From positions 1-50,290 of the forward strand of contig CAXHFM010000001.1 in the NCBI GenBank assembly GCA_964016345.1: a stretch of DNA of 50,290 nucleotides, written 5' to 3'. The translations under genes were made by a program, and so were the position numbers. The notes under the pieces are model-generated. The model ran no database searches. It saw only the letters and a program-made list of their open reading frames with translations, and was not told the DNA's origin. The stretch comes from an uncultured Candidatus Poseidoniales archaeon. Its GTDB lineage: Archaea > Thermoplasmatota > Poseidoniia > Poseidoniales > Thalassarchaeaceae. Numbering within the stretch: the first letter of the stretch is position 1; each line of letters begins with the position of its first letter. Positions 27,450 through 38,400 of this stretch are shown here, piece after piece.

Positions 27450-29117
27450 TCAAAGTTCGGTTGCTGAGCCTATCTCTTCACTCTGCTCTGAAGGCGAGAC
27501 TTCTGTGTCAAGATTGGCGCCACTAGCAAGTATCTTCCTGATAGTGGTAGGCCCTGTTAGGCTGTAAGACTCTATTGCTATAGATGACAAGGATGCTTTC
27601 GATACATCACCCATGATACGACCCCTGTACTGTCCGCTTATTGTATTTGTACAGTGGAATATCGCTCCGATGACCGTACCATAGAACATCACTGATCCGA
27701 CCTTTCTAAGCTCTTGATTGATGGAGGAACCTTGCTCGGCCATAGACTCGGTAAGTGCCATATCTGTGAAGTCAGACATCAGTGTGATGAGGAGACCCAG
27801 GAAAGCACCACCTGACATCATCCAGAAGGCCCATCGAGAGCGGTTAGCCGAAAGTTGGTGCCTTCCGCTGGCCCTTGGTAAAACGCTCAGAGCGGCTCCT
27901 ACTGACAACGGCATCATTACCAGCCATATTGCCATCAAATCGAGGGACTGTGATATCCCGTTCAGCTCATTAACGCCTCCGAGAGCGTCGGTTTGGACAA
28001 ACAGCGACCCTATAGCAATGGGAATTAGCATCCAAGCCCCTAGGTTCAGCTCGGCGATTCCTGGAGAATCTGGATTCTCAACGAAGGCATCTGAGCCCCT
28101 CATTGTAACCAGCATATTTGCACTGAATGCGATAATTGGGATTGCAGAGAGGGCCATGAGGAAGGAACCTGATATGACATCTCTAGATGATGGTGCAAGT
28201 TCGTTACTCGTGAGGGAGAACAAATCGACGACCACCGATGGATCAATAGATCCCATCGGATTTATTGTGATGAAGGCCCCGAAGAGCGTGAATGCAACTA
28301 GGGACTTTGACCATAGAGGATTGCCGGAGCCGATAGAAACAGAGTAAAGGGATACTCCAGCTACCCCACAGAAGAAGAATGTCCCTCCAGCGAGGTGAAA
28401 GAGCAGCCATTGGCCCACTCCCTCATTAAATGCACCAGTTATGAAGACAGCTAGGACAGCTACTATATTTCCTATGAACGCAAATACGATCAGCCACCCA
28501 GGAAATGGAATCTCTTGGGTAGCCTCGGAAACTGTGAGTATCATATTGATTACCAAGGCAGTCGTAGCTAGAGTCAGAAGTAGATTTGCGATTGGAAGTA
28601 TTGTGATGCCGATGATAACTGCATTCTGCGATCCTACGAACATTAGCAATACAGATAGCGTCCATAGTAAAGATACCAAGGTAGCGTTTGACTCGCTGGC
28701 AAGATGAGTGCCGCATAGTCTAGGAAGTGAGTAGAGTGAGGTCCCAACTACTAACATCCCAATAGCGCCGAAAAGAGCAGTTAGCCTTCCTGAATATATC
28801 AGCTCAGAGGATTCGGGGCGATAGCCCCAGGATTCGAAGCTATGCAGGGCTGTAGCATCATGATTTAGCCATAGGCCGACGAATGTAAGGGTCGAAGCGA
28901 CGAATGCCCAAACTAGACCATGGATTATCCATGTAGAAGAAGACGATCCAGGTCGCCCGCTTACAAAGTCAGTGGCTGGACCCAATGCCTTTTCCAGCAT
29001 GAACATGCTCAATCCTTTGGCTACATCATTGAAGATCCAGAGACCTCTCTTGATCAAAAAGAAGGATAGTGCTAGTAATAGCCAGAAAGTAGCTAAAGTC
29101 GAAATTATTACATTCAT
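27450..29117 (-). CDS. Polytopic (about 12-14 TM) membrane protein of unknown function; weak heme-copper-oxidase subunit-I-like helix motifs
   Basis: 555 aa and strongly hydrophobic. Segments WIIHGLVWAF, YSLPRLCGTHLASESNATLVSLLW, GQWLLFHLAGGTFFF, NPLWSKSLVAFTLFGAF and LPRASGRHQLSANRSRWAFWMM recall cbb3/NOR-type subunit I patterns. The His-His pairs are absent. Confidence 0.75.
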   Translation of the reverse strand: MNVIISTLATFWLLLALSFFLIKRGLWIFNDVAKGLSMFMLEKALGPATDFVSGRPGSSSSTWIIHGLVWAFVASTLTFVGLWLNHDATALHSFESWGYRPESSELIYSGRLTALFGAIGMLVVGTSLYSLPRLCGTHLASESNATLVSLLWTLSVLLMFVGSQNAVIIGITILPIANLLLTLATTALVINMILTVSEATQEIPFPGWLIVFAFIGNIVAVLAVFITGAFNEGVGQWLLFHLAGGTFFFCGVAGVSLYSVSIGSGNPLWSKSLVAFTLFGAFITINPMGSIDPSVVVDLFSLTSNELAPSSRDVISGSFLMALSAIPIIAFSANMLVTMRGSDAFVENPDSPGIAELNLGAWMLIPIAIGSLFVQTDALGGVNELNGISQSLDLMAIWLVMMPLSVGAALSVLPRASGRHQLSANRSRWAFWMMSGGAFLGLLITLMSDFTDMALTESMAEQGSSINQELRKVGSVMFYGTVIGAIFHCTNTISGQYRGRIMGDVSKASLSSIAIESYSLTGPTTIRKILASGANLDTEVSPSEQSEEIGSATEL

Positions 29118-29127
29118 AATAATTACC

Positions 29128-29430
29128 TCACTCGCTGGTGGCCTCCGTGAGCATGGTTGCTATGATCGAGAATGCACCGAAGATGACTCCAAGAAGGAAG
29201 AACCATATTCCTGAATCAAAAACTCCCTCGAACATGGGCAAGACTTGGGAAATCACTGGCATATCTCTCCCTGGGAATAGAATCCCATAAAGGATGAGGA
29301 AAGAAAGCATTGACACGAAGCCGAGAACCACAACAACACCGGACGAAGCCGGTTCTTTCTCTCCTTGGATGAACTCATCAATTGGGCTCGGTACTTCGAT
29401 AGACACAGACATACACCCCGCGAAACGCAA
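29128..29430 (-). CDS. Small 2-TM membrane protein, co-transcribed with the downstream polytopic protein
   Basis: The stop lies 10 nt before the start of the 27450..29117 gene, with GAGTGAGGT spanning the stop. The likely real start is ATG 29412 (MSVSIEVPSP...). Confidence 0.6.
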   Translation of the reverse strand: MRFAGCMSVSIEVPSPIDEFIQGEKEPASSGVVVVLGFVSMLSFLILYGILFPGRDMPVISQVLPMFEGVFDSGIWFFLLGVIFGAFSIIATMLTEATSE

Positions 29431-29496
29431 CAGAAGCGGAACGAACCAACGGAGATGGCACTTTAAGCGTTGGGCGAGGGGAACAGCCTCTCAGTA

Positions 29497-30630
29497 TCAT
29501 GGGGCACGTAATCTGTCCAGGGGGTTTCCTCTGCGATGAATCCCGGAACCCATAGGAGTAGGGAGTGCTGAATCACTCTGTATCTCGGAAAGCCAAACCT
29601 TCTTACATTCGCATCCTAATCCGACAAATTCGCCTAGATTTCCAGAAACTGAGTATCTCTCAATTGCTGCAACGACCTCCGAATCACAGGACCCGCAATT
29701 ATGCGATCCTCTTGCTTTTCCACCAGCTGTTGGATGAACGATTACTCTGCATTCAGTCTTAGAAATATCGTCATGAGTTCTGATGATCATCTCGACCAAT
29801 GACCACAGCCAAGGAGGTCGATATTCTCTGTTTCGGAACAGCCTATCTACAATTGTCCCTCTCTGGATATTCATCGGATTAATCGATACTTCATCAGATA
29901 TCTTGGAGACTTCGGATACCCAAGATATTGTGTGTTCAAGAGCGTCTCCTTCGGACATGAAGGGTGGCTTAAACAGAAGATATGTCTTGACTCTTAGAGA
30001 ATTGTCTCTGAGAATATCCACTGCTTTATGCCACTGCTTGAGGGAGAATCCTTTGTTAGCGTGGAATCTTAGAACAGTGTTATCATAGGCCTCTAAGCCG
30101 ATGGCTACAGTACACTCTGGATGTCGTTCAGCTACCCATTGTAGCTTCTGAGGAGTACACATTTGGGCTTGTGCCTCTACTACTAGGTGCAGTCCCATCT
30201 CATACGTCTCTCTGAGGACGTGCTCCTGCCACTCTGGTGGATTTTCTCTATCCTCAAAGAAGGTTCCAGAAGTGTAAACCTTGACCATCTTGCAATCTCG
30301 GAAGTTGTTCGTAACTCTCTTGGCCTCTTCCCATTGAAGGAACATATCCTCGGCAGTTACATCATCTCTGACATCGTTAAAGTATCCGCAAAAGGTACAT
30401 CCAGATTTCCACCACCACACACAGCCCTTCGTACGAAGTATTACAGTAGTTGCAACGCAGGGAGTACCGTCTGGCAGGTTCTCAGGGGTCTTGTATACAG
30501 TAACTGGCTTGGATGCATCCCAAGACTCTCTAGAAGCTATGGATTCAGGTGTATTCTCAGGCGCCTTGACTAGGTGATGGATTTTAACGGGCTTATCGCC
30601 GTCTCCCATCAAGCCGCATGAACTAGCCAT
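29497..30630 (-). CDS. Radical-SAM protein of the Elp3-like/TIGR01210-type clade (RaSEA-like, candidate archaeosine-pathway enzyme)
   Basis: VILRTKGCVWWWKSGCTFCGYFND gives non-canonical C-x7-C-x2-C spacing, as seen in Elp3-related radical-SAM proteins. 377 aa. The family call is from memory of the motif and is not verified. Confidence 0.65.
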   Translation of the reverse strand: MASSCGLMGDGDKPVKIHHLVKAPENTPESIASRESWDASKPVTVYKTPENLPDGTPCVATTVILRTKGCVWWWKSGCTFCGYFNDVRDDVTAEDMFLQWEEAKRVTNNFRDCKMVKVYTSGTFFEDRENPPEWQEHVLRETYEMGLHLVVEAQAQMCTPQKLQWVAERHPECTVAIGLEAYDNTVLRFHANKGFSLKQWHKAVDILRDNSLRVKTYLLFKPPFMSEGDALEHTISWVSEVSKISDEVSINPMNIQRGTIVDRLFRNREYRPPWLWSLVEMIIRTHDDISKTECRVIVHPTAGGKARGSHNCGSCDSEVVAAIERYSVSGNLGEFVGLGCECKKVWLSEIQSDSALPTPMGSGIHRRGNPLDRLRAP

Positions 30631-30737
30631 GTGGTGCGCTCTGGGGGAGTGTTATTGACGTTGACTACTATTTGGTGAGTCGAGAGATACCTGATTACGT
30701 AGACGACACTAAAGACCAGAGATAATCTCAGCGATTC

Positions 30738-32540
30738 ATGTCAGGGGGGTTCGGCAAGTTGATTGCTAGCTCCGACGAGGTTGAGAGGCTTCTCATTGAA
30801 ATGGATTCGGAATCTAAGAAGTCACTGAAAAGCTGGTATTGGTTTGACTGGGCGAACCAGGCATTCGCACTCACGGTAATTACCGTGGTAGTGCCGACAT
30901 TACTATCCAATATGTTTAATCTGGCGAATGGAGGAAGCGCTGAATATGCTGGTATGACATTTACTGGGGACAGTTTCTATGCCTTGGTACTTGGAATTTC
31001 TAGTGTCTTTGTGGCCATTGTCAGTCCAATATTGGGTGCCGTAGCCGATAGGATGCCTATTAAGAAAAAGATTCTGAAGATCTACACTATCATTGGAATT
31101 CTGTTCACTGCTCTAATGGGATTGGCTCCATACATGAGTGAGGATTCGTCATACAAATTCCTGGCAATTTGCCTGATTATGGGCAATATAGGATTTGCTG
31201 GCGGTCATGCTATTTACTCGGCCTTCCTTCCATATCTGGGAGATAAACGTCTAATGGATCATATCTCTAGCTGGGGGTATGCGTATGGTTTTCTAGGTGG
31301 TTCGACACTACTGACGCTTCATCTGATTGTAGGTTTAAGATTTGGATTCGAAGACCCCAATGTTCAGTGCTTCGTTTTCCTAACTAGCGCCTTATGGTGG
31401 CTAGGTTTCTCAGTGCCGATTTTCAGAAATACTCCTGAGCCGGAAATACCAAATCCTACTCAATATTCTTCGTTTCTTGAAGCGATAATAGATGGAGTCA
31501 GAGAGATACGTAAGACATTCTCTGAGATTCGCAGATATAGGGTCCTGACTCTATTCATGTGCGGGTATCTATTATTCTATGATGGAGTAAATGCGATTGG
31601 AGGGCTAGCGGCGGCATATGCAGATTCGGTTTTGAGAATAGACTTCAGTATGAATTTCGTTCTTCTTCTTTCTGCTAACATAGTCGCTATTCCCATGACT
31701 ATCATAGGCGGTTCGCTAGCTAGTAGGTACAGTAACAAGAAGATTCTAGGTGGATCTCTAGCGATATTCTGTGTTGTATCGGTTCTGGGAGTGGGATTTG
31801 CACCTCTTGAGCTAGAGGGAGACCACGACAGGTATGACTTCCGTTATGACTGGGATCAGGAAGAGGATTCATACAAGCTTTCAACACTTTACAATCGAGG
31901 GGTGGATGGTTGGGTTAGTGAGACGGGAGAGGGGGATAGTGAGTTCAGGGAGGCATACCTAGAATTCCTGAAATCAGGAGATAATGAGCGTTCCTTACTA
32001 AGTCTTGAAGAATCCCAGTTAATGGTTCTAAGGATGGAAAATAATACTCAACACAGATTCTCCTTCTCCTTCCGAGGCGGAGAATTAGATGGGGCCTCTT
32101 CAGTAGGGCTTGAACATCCTACAGTTATTGAAGGTGGGCCAATAGACTGGTGGCCTAACTTGTTAAGAGACAATGTCTGGGAGCCTGCAGGGCTAGGAAT
32201 TAACTCACAGTGGATAATACTTGGAATGACTTTTGGAATGGTAATGGGAGTCGCAGGAGCTCTATCTAGAAGTCTCTTCAGTATGCTAATACCTACCTCG
32301 AAGACTACTGAGTTCTTTGGATTCTTCGCATTCATTGGGAAGGCGGTATCTGTCCTAGGGCCAATACTGTATGCAATAGTAGCTGCCTCTATCGATAGCA
32401 GAATGGGGCTTCTGAGTGTAGTAGTTCCCATCTTGATGGGAATGTGTTTCTTCTTCGTTGTTGATGTCGAAGAGGGGATTCGGGTCGCTAGAGAGGTTGA
32501 TCAAGAGGTGGCTTCTGGAACTAATGATGTGATATTATGA
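30738..32540 (+). CDS. MFS transporter, UMF1/Atg22-like family, with a ~130-aa soluble insertion
   Basis: N-terminal SWYWFDWANQAFALTV is the characteristic Atg22-like start. About 12 TM. A hydrophilic insertion lies at roughly 31806..32205 (LELEGDHDRYDFRYDWDQEED...WWPNLLRDNVWEPAG). Confidence 0.8.
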   Translation: MSGGFGKLIASSDEVERLLIEMDSESKKSLKSWYWFDWANQAFALTVITVVVPTLLSNMFNLANGGSAEYAGMTFTGDSFYALVLGISSVFVAIVSPILGAVADRMPIKKKILKIYTIIGILFTALMGLAPYMSEDSSYKFLAICLIMGNIGFAGGHAIYSAFLPYLGDKRLMDHISSWGYAYGFLGGSTLLTLHLIVGLRFGFEDPNVQCFVFLTSALWWLGFSVPIFRNTPEPEIPNPTQYSSFLEAIIDGVREIRKTFSEIRRYRVLTLFMCGYLLFYDGVNAIGGLAAAYADSVLRIDFSMNFVLLLSANIVAIPMTIIGGSLASRYSNKKILGGSLAIFCVVSVLGVGFAPLELEGDHDRYDFRYDWDQEEDSYKLSTLYNRGVDGWVSETGEGDSEFREAYLEFLKSGDNERSLLSLEESQLMVLRMENNTQHRFSFSFRGGELDGASSVGLEHPTVIEGGPIDWWPNLLRDNVWEPAGLGINSQWIILGMTFGMVMGVAGALSRSLFSMLIPTSKTTEFFGFFAFIGKAVSVLGPILYAIVAASIDSRMGLLSVVVPILMGMCFFFVVDVEEGIRVAREVDQEVASGTNDVIL

Positions 32541-33283
32541 GGGCTTTCACACTAATCCAAAATTCCCTAACGGCTATGGTTGTTCCCTTTCTCGCCCTTA
32601 TCATAGGTCTTTGCTCCATTCCTGGAATCTATATTTTTTTCAAGTTTGTTGGGCTGTTTGGAGCTAGTCTTGATTCATTCAACCGTATAGATAGTGTGCT
32701 ATTAGAGGACTTTGTAATTACCGGAGTCGCACTTGGTTTGGGAATAACTGTTTGGGGAGTGACTCTAGTAATTTTCTCTGGACTCTTGGGAGGGCTATTT
32801 CGACCGAGGCTGAAGCCAGGGAGATACCCACTGAAGTCTTTTGTAACAATTCAGTGGGCTTGGTCGATGATTTTTCACAGAATAGCTCTTTTCTTCTTGC
32901 CGTATTTAGTTCCATCATTCATCGGTAATACTTTCTATCGACTCTCGGGTGCGAAGTTAGGAAAGGGAGTTCAGATCAATACAGCACATCTCAATGATGC
33001 TGGTTCCGTGACTCTAGAAGATGGCGTGGTAATAGGTGGAAACGCGATTATCAACGCCCATTTGACCGAGAAGGGAGAATTGGTGATGGCTCCAGTGAAT
33101 ATTGGGAAGGACGCTCTGATTGGCATGGGATCAGTCATTCAGCCGGGTTGTGTCATCGGGGAGGGAGCAATCGTGGCATCCAGAGCGGTAGTTCCTAAGT
33201 GGACTAACATTCCTGCAGGAGAAGTATGGGCTGGAATTCCGGCTAGGTGTATCAGAATGGCAGATGGTACCATCCCAGAGTAG
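32537..33283 (+). CDS. Membrane-anchored hexapeptide-repeat (left-handed beta-helix) transferase
   Basis: 3-4 N-terminal TM segments, then LSGAKLGKGVQINTAHLNDAGSVTLEDGVVIGGNAIINAHL..IGKDALIGMGSVIQPGCVIGEGAIVASRAVV. ATGA overlap with the MFS gene stop. Confidence 0.8.
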   Translation: MRAFTLIQNSLTAMVVPFLALIIGLCSIPGIYIFFKFVGLFGASLDSFNRIDSVLLEDFVITGVALGLGITVWGVTLVIFSGLLGGLFRPRLKPGRYPLKSFVTIQWAWSMIFHRIALFFLPYLVPSFIGNTFYRLSGAKLGKGVQINTAHLNDAGSVTLEDGVVIGGNAIINAHLTEKGELVMAPVNIGKDALIGMGSVIQPGCVIGEGAIVASRAVVPKWTNIPAGEVWAGIPARCIRMADGTIPE

Positions 33284-33294
33284 TATAGCTAATC

Positions 33295-33930
33295 TCACAC
33301 TTCTTCTGATTCTTCTAGGGCTTCTTCTTCAACAGTGGCATTTTCAGAGGCTGCTTCCTTAACGGCCTCGAGCGTCTCATCCATTCTATCTCTGAAGGTA
33401 TCCTGCTTCTCCTGGAACTCCTTGAAGTATTCCATAGCCCGGTCAATCATCTCGAATCTTGTCTCAGTAACCTTCTTGATATCTTCAAAGATCTTCATGT
33501 GCTCCACATACCAGTCGTCTCTGGCCTTCAACTCAGAAGTGGCGGTCTGAAGAGCTTCATCAAGCTCCTCTGCGACATCGAATACTCTTCCAAGCCTAGC
33601 TTGCTCCCTGGTATACATCTCCTCCATCTTCTCCAATTCAGGCTCAAGATGCTTCACTCTTGTTCCTGCCTTGGCAGACTCTAATTCGAGATTCCTGATA
33701 CGGCTATCCTTCTCATTGAGAAGGTCCCCCAATCCCTCTTTCTCAATTTCCTTATCGATAGCGTCTTTCTCGAGAACTTCGATTTGGGCTTTGGCGTCAG
33801 CTAGCTCGGATTCAATTGCCTGATATGCAACGTACAGCTTGTCGAGTCTTTCCTTCTCCATGGCTAGTTGGTCAGCCAAATCATCCTGTTCGACAGGTAT
33901 TGTTTCCTCATCGCTCATGGTGTATCCCAA
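33295..33930 (-). CDS. Acidic coiled-coil protein, function unknown
   Basis: 211 aa, E/K/L-rich heptad-like sequence (LADAKAQIEVLEKDAIDKEIEKEGL...). Confidence 0.65.
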   Translation of the reverse strand: MGYTMSDEETIPVEQDDLADQLAMEKERLDKLYVAYQAIESELADAKAQIEVLEKDAIDKEIEKEGLGDLLNEKDSRIRNLELESAKAGTRVKHLEPELEKMEEMYTREQARLGRVFDVAEELDEALQTATSELKARDDWYVEHMKIFEDIKKVTETRFEMIDRAMEYFKEFQEKQDTFRDRMDETLEAVKEAASENATVEEEALEESEEV

Positions 33931-33998
33931 ACAGCTGGACTACTGCTTCCCCTTTAATCCCGGCGGAAACGGGATACAAATACGTGGGTTTAGTGTAT

Positions 33999-35435
33999 TC
34001 ATCTAGATATCGCGGCCACGGTCTTCGCCAGTACCACTGTAAGTCTTTTTGCCGAGGGAATATGCAGCTTCTCGTCGGGACCGTGTGCATTGTTTCCGGG
34101 CCCAGAGGCCCCTGTACACAGAAACTTGGCGTTTGGATACCTGCTCTGCATCATTGCCATGAATGGAATTGTTCCACCAATCCAAGTTGCTAAAGGAGGT
34201 CTACCAGTTAATTGCATGGAAGCTTCGGTAATGGCCCTCTTTGCCTCTCCCTCTAGCGGAGGGGAATGAAAACCATTTGCTGAAGAGTCGGGCAAGAATG
34301 AAACCTCTGCTCCATATGGTGGGTTTTTCTCAAGAATTTCCTTCAGAATTGGCTCTAGATCGTCTGCATCGACTCCAGGCGGTATTCTAAAGCTCAATTT
34401 TAGATCGGTGTTGGTTCTCAGAACATTTCCAGCTGCCTGAACTGAGGGTAGGCCGTCAGCTCCAATGACGCATAGTGAGGGTTGCCAATTCATTCCTAGA
34501 ATCAAGTCTGCAGTATTATTAGAAACCGGAAGGAGTGTATCTACAGTGGGAAGCTGTTTCCAAAGCGAGTCCCCCACAACACTAGCGAGTGCCTTTGCCT
34601 TACTTCTCAGTTCGTCCGTTATATCAACATGCATTTCAGGGATTAAAATCTGCCCTGAGTTTGAGTCTTCTACCCTATCTAATAGTGCCCTAGCTATCCT
34701 AAATGAAGATGGAATAGAGCCTCCAGAGGTGCCTGAATGGATTCCCTCGTGTGAAACCTTGATTGAAAGAGTACCCGAGATAAGTCCCCTTAGGGACTCT
34801 GTAATCCAGATATGATCATAATCAGGCCCACCACTATCCATTACTACAATCATATCGGGTTCTCCTAAATCTTCCTCAAGAGCCTCTAGGTAGGGAGGTA
34901 GATCGTAGGATCCCGACTCTTCACAGGTTTCGATTAAGAAGGAGCATTTTGGATGAGGAATGTTGGAGTCCTGAAGGATCTTCAGAGCAGCCACGCAGAG
35001 GTATCCGCCATAGCCATCATCTACACTGCCCCTGCCGAAGAGCCAAGGATCTCTCCTGACAGCTCTCAGAGGACTGAGTCCTTCAGACCAAAGTTCTGGC
35101 TTGGAGGGTTGCTTATCCAGATGAGAGTAGAAAACAATCTGACCTGGTCCTGTCCCCTCGACAGTGACAAGCAGGACTGGAGATCTGCCCTCGATCCTAT
35201 GAACTGAGTAGGTCATTCCAACCAGATTCTGAGTTTCAATCCACTTACAGAATAGATCCACTGTAGCGTCAAGCTCCCCCAGCTTATTCCAATCTGGTTC
35301 GAACAGAGGAGAAAGGGCCTTGATGGCTATGAATTCACTGAGACTGGGAATAATTGAGTTCTCCCATATGTCATTACTCATATCCAGAAGCCGGCCCATG
35401 TCGTGATCCATATGCGTTGACATGATACACACCAA
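33999..35435 (-). CDS. M20-family metallopeptidase (dipeptidase/ArgE-DapE-CNDP-like)
   Basis: FYSHLDKQP (His ligand), GRGSVDDGYGG (Asp ligand) and IETCEESGS (catalytic/ligand Glu pair). 478 aa. Confidence 0.85.
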   Translation of the reverse strand: MVCIMSTHMDHDMGRLLDMSNDIWENSIIPSLSEFIAIKALSPLFEPDWNKLGELDATVDLFCKWIETQNLVGMTYSVHRIEGRSPVLLVTVEGTGPGQIVFYSHLDKQPSKPELWSEGLSPLRAVRRDPWLFGRGSVDDGYGGYLCVAALKILQDSNIPHPKCSFLIETCEESGSYDLPPYLEALEEDLGEPDMIVVMDSGGPDYDHIWITESLRGLISGTLSIKVSHEGIHSGTSGGSIPSSFRIARALLDRVEDSNSGQILIPEMHVDITDELRSKAKALASVVGDSLWKQLPTVDTLLPVSNNTADLILGMNWQPSLCVIGADGLPSVQAAGNVLRTNTDLKLSFRIPPGVDADDLEPILKEILEKNPPYGAEVSFLPDSSANGFHSPPLEGEAKRAITEASMQLTGRPPLATWIGGTIPFMAMMQSRYPNAKFLCTGASGPGNNAHGPDEKLHIPSAKRLTVVLAKTVAAISR

Positions 35436-35469
35436 ATGGATTCTTCCATCATGCGTTATGACAAATGAG

Positions 35470-38400
35470 CTAAGTGCAGGTTGAACAATTACAAGGATAC
35501 CGAGTAATTGGGGCTTCTGATAATAGTGCCATTTCAGTTACGGTGTTCATGGCGAGTTCTAATTTTTGAAGTGACGCCATGAACATGTCTTCTGGATATT
35601 CGATGATTCTACCGGTTATGCCGACTAATATTGCTGGCCTTAGGACCTCCCTGTAAGGTAGTCCTCTTTTCTTCCTCTCCTCCTCGATAGACTTCAAAGA
35701 CAGGTAATACAGTGTTAGTTGCATCGCGTGGTGTTCGAGGATATCCATTTCCGCTTGAGATGCCGGCTTGATTGAATTGTTACCCAATGACGATATTAGG
35801 CCATTGGAATCATAATCGTAGATACTCACTGCCTCCTCGGTCTTCAGGTCTATGGGCCTGATGAAACTCCCTTCCTCAGAGGTAGTGCAAAGTACCAGAT
35901 CTATCACTCCATCCATCTCTAAGGAAGCGTGTTCGATGTATGAGAGGGGCTCTATTCCGTCGGGAGACCATCTCCCTCTCGTAATCCCCCCAGGGTCTAC
36001 AGTCCTGGCGATATGGAATGGCATCTCAGTTCGTAAGCCATCTACTAAATGACCATCAACTGAGGTACCGGAGCATAGTTCCCCCAGAGGTCCATTTCTA
36101 ATTCTTTCAAGTATTGTCCTGACTATTTTAGAGCACTCTTCCCTATCTGCTTCCAGTGGTAGTATTTCATGGAACACCTGTTTCATAAGTGAGTCATCAG
36201 TAAGTCTGTCCGGACTCTTGCTTATCCATGAGTTGGGTAGATTCGGGGTGATATCACTTTGAGGACCGGGATTCATCAGCCCTATCTCGAAAATCCTGTG
36301 AATCACTTTACCGAGAGTGGCTGCATCTATGCCAGATGGCAATGTTTTGTCTTCTAGTTGACCCGAATGATACTCCGATCTCTTTGCCGGACTACCTCCC
36401 CGTGTCTCGAGCCAATATCTCCTTGGACATTCATTGTATACGGTCAGATTGTGAGGAGCGATCCTAACTCTACTCCCCCTATCATTTCTGGAAGTAGTAT
36501 TTGGTGCGGGAAGGAGGGCAGCTGATTCAGAGGACGCTTGATTGGTTCTCTCGATCTTTTGGAGGGGCGTCAGGACTGTTCTAGTTGTCTTATCTGTCGT
36601 TTCAAAGCACATCGGATGATGCAATACGGTTATCCCATGGAGATTATTTGACCCTAGCATTCCAGAGGTTGATGCTAATAGTGGATCTATCTCCCTGATA
36701 CCTTCGTTAGTAACTTTTGGATGAGATTGAGATTGTGAGTCTTCTGAAGAAAGCCAATAAGACGATTCCTCTCCTCTCTTCCATGAACCCTGTCTAAGAG
36801 ATTCCAGCCACATTTCTCCGAGTTGGGGAGCTGATTTTCCATAAGACCAAGAAAAGGTGATTCCCTTTCCATCCTGCCATTTAGTGTGCTTTGGAGACCC
36901 GCAAATTATCAACTTGTCTTCAGCTCTTGTAGCGGCTACGTAAAGCAACCTTCTTGCTTCAGCATTCCTTCTGGCCAAGTGGACTTTCTTCACGTGTTTC
37001 CAGAGAGGAGAAACCGGATCTTTAGAAGGCCATGGCTTGGGATGCCCCCCGAATAAATCAGGAGTCACAATGAGTCTCTCTGAGGATTCTATTCTGATAT
37101 TAGTCTGCCTTCCAGAGAATACATCTGCTAGGATTACTACCTTAGATTCTAGGCCCTTTGATCCATGTATTGTCATAACTCTGACAGCGTCTGCTTCGGG
37201 CACATTCACTGCCTCTGTACTGTTCTTATCCACCTCTCTTAGTCTACGGACACTGTCCGCTATTACCTTGCAGTCACCGCCGAGATCCATAGCCAACGTG
37301 CTCACTAGTTGGATAAACTGCTCAGCATCCTGTCTTGAGGTATTGTCTGGGTAGGCCATCAGAAGATCTGATCTATCCAATGTCTCGTTAAGAGCTTCGA
37401 CTATTCTGCTAGACCTTGAGAGGATTTCCCATCTTTTTATCATTTCTTTATGCCTATCATTTACTGTGAAATCTCGTAATCTAGCTAGCATATCGTCCCC
37501 TCGGGATGAGTCCCCGATGAATTTCTGTAGTTGTCTGTCATCGAGGCCAATTAGTGAAGACCTTGCTACCCATGCAGCGTGATGGGGAGAGTCAGGCCTT
37601 GCCAATAGCTGTAGCAGGCCATCGAGGGCGTGTGCGGTCGGACGTTGTAGGAGGCTTCCTTCCCTGTCGGCCTGAGCAGGGACACCAACAACTGAGAGCT
37701 CTCTCATTATGCTGTCTCTTAGCTTACTCCTGCTCGGAAGGAGAATCATAATTTCACTCGGAGCGATTGGCTCTTCTGCTGGTAGCTCGCTCCACTTTCC
37801 CGATGATGAGAGAACCCTTATTGGCTCTCCTTTGATCAAATTTCTGGCCCTCAGTGCTATTAGCATCGCCTGCCTTTCGACCGAGTTCGGCTTTCCGAAT
37901 CCGAACGAGTCTATTGGAGCAGTGAGATCTTCTGGGGCATCGTCATCCCCGCCATTTAGTATGGGGCATATCCATTCAATCGAACCAGCCGAGTCTGAGT
38001 TTTCCTCAGACGGGCGCAGGGGTTGTGATGTAGCGTAGAAATCTCCTCTTGGGAATTCTTTGTGCCTGTCTGAAAACACATCATCCCACCAGTGATTCAT
38101 TGCTTCTAACAGCCCTCCCTTGGTACGATAGTTAACATTTAGTCGGATCAACCCGTTCCTCCTTCTATCGATTTCTTCGGGCTCTGGGATACGTCCTCTA
38201 TCTGGAAGATCGAAAGGAACCCATGGTGTCGTATCTATTCCAGATAAGTGAGTCAGTGTCTTTGCCTGTTTGATTCCAACTAGATGTGCATTTCTTGGAT
38301 CTCTGCTACTGTCGATCTTTCTTAGTGTGGGTTTTTGCCGTAATAGCGGGATACTGGAGAATTCGTGCTGATTTATCGCCATCAGTGTTCTAGCATATTC

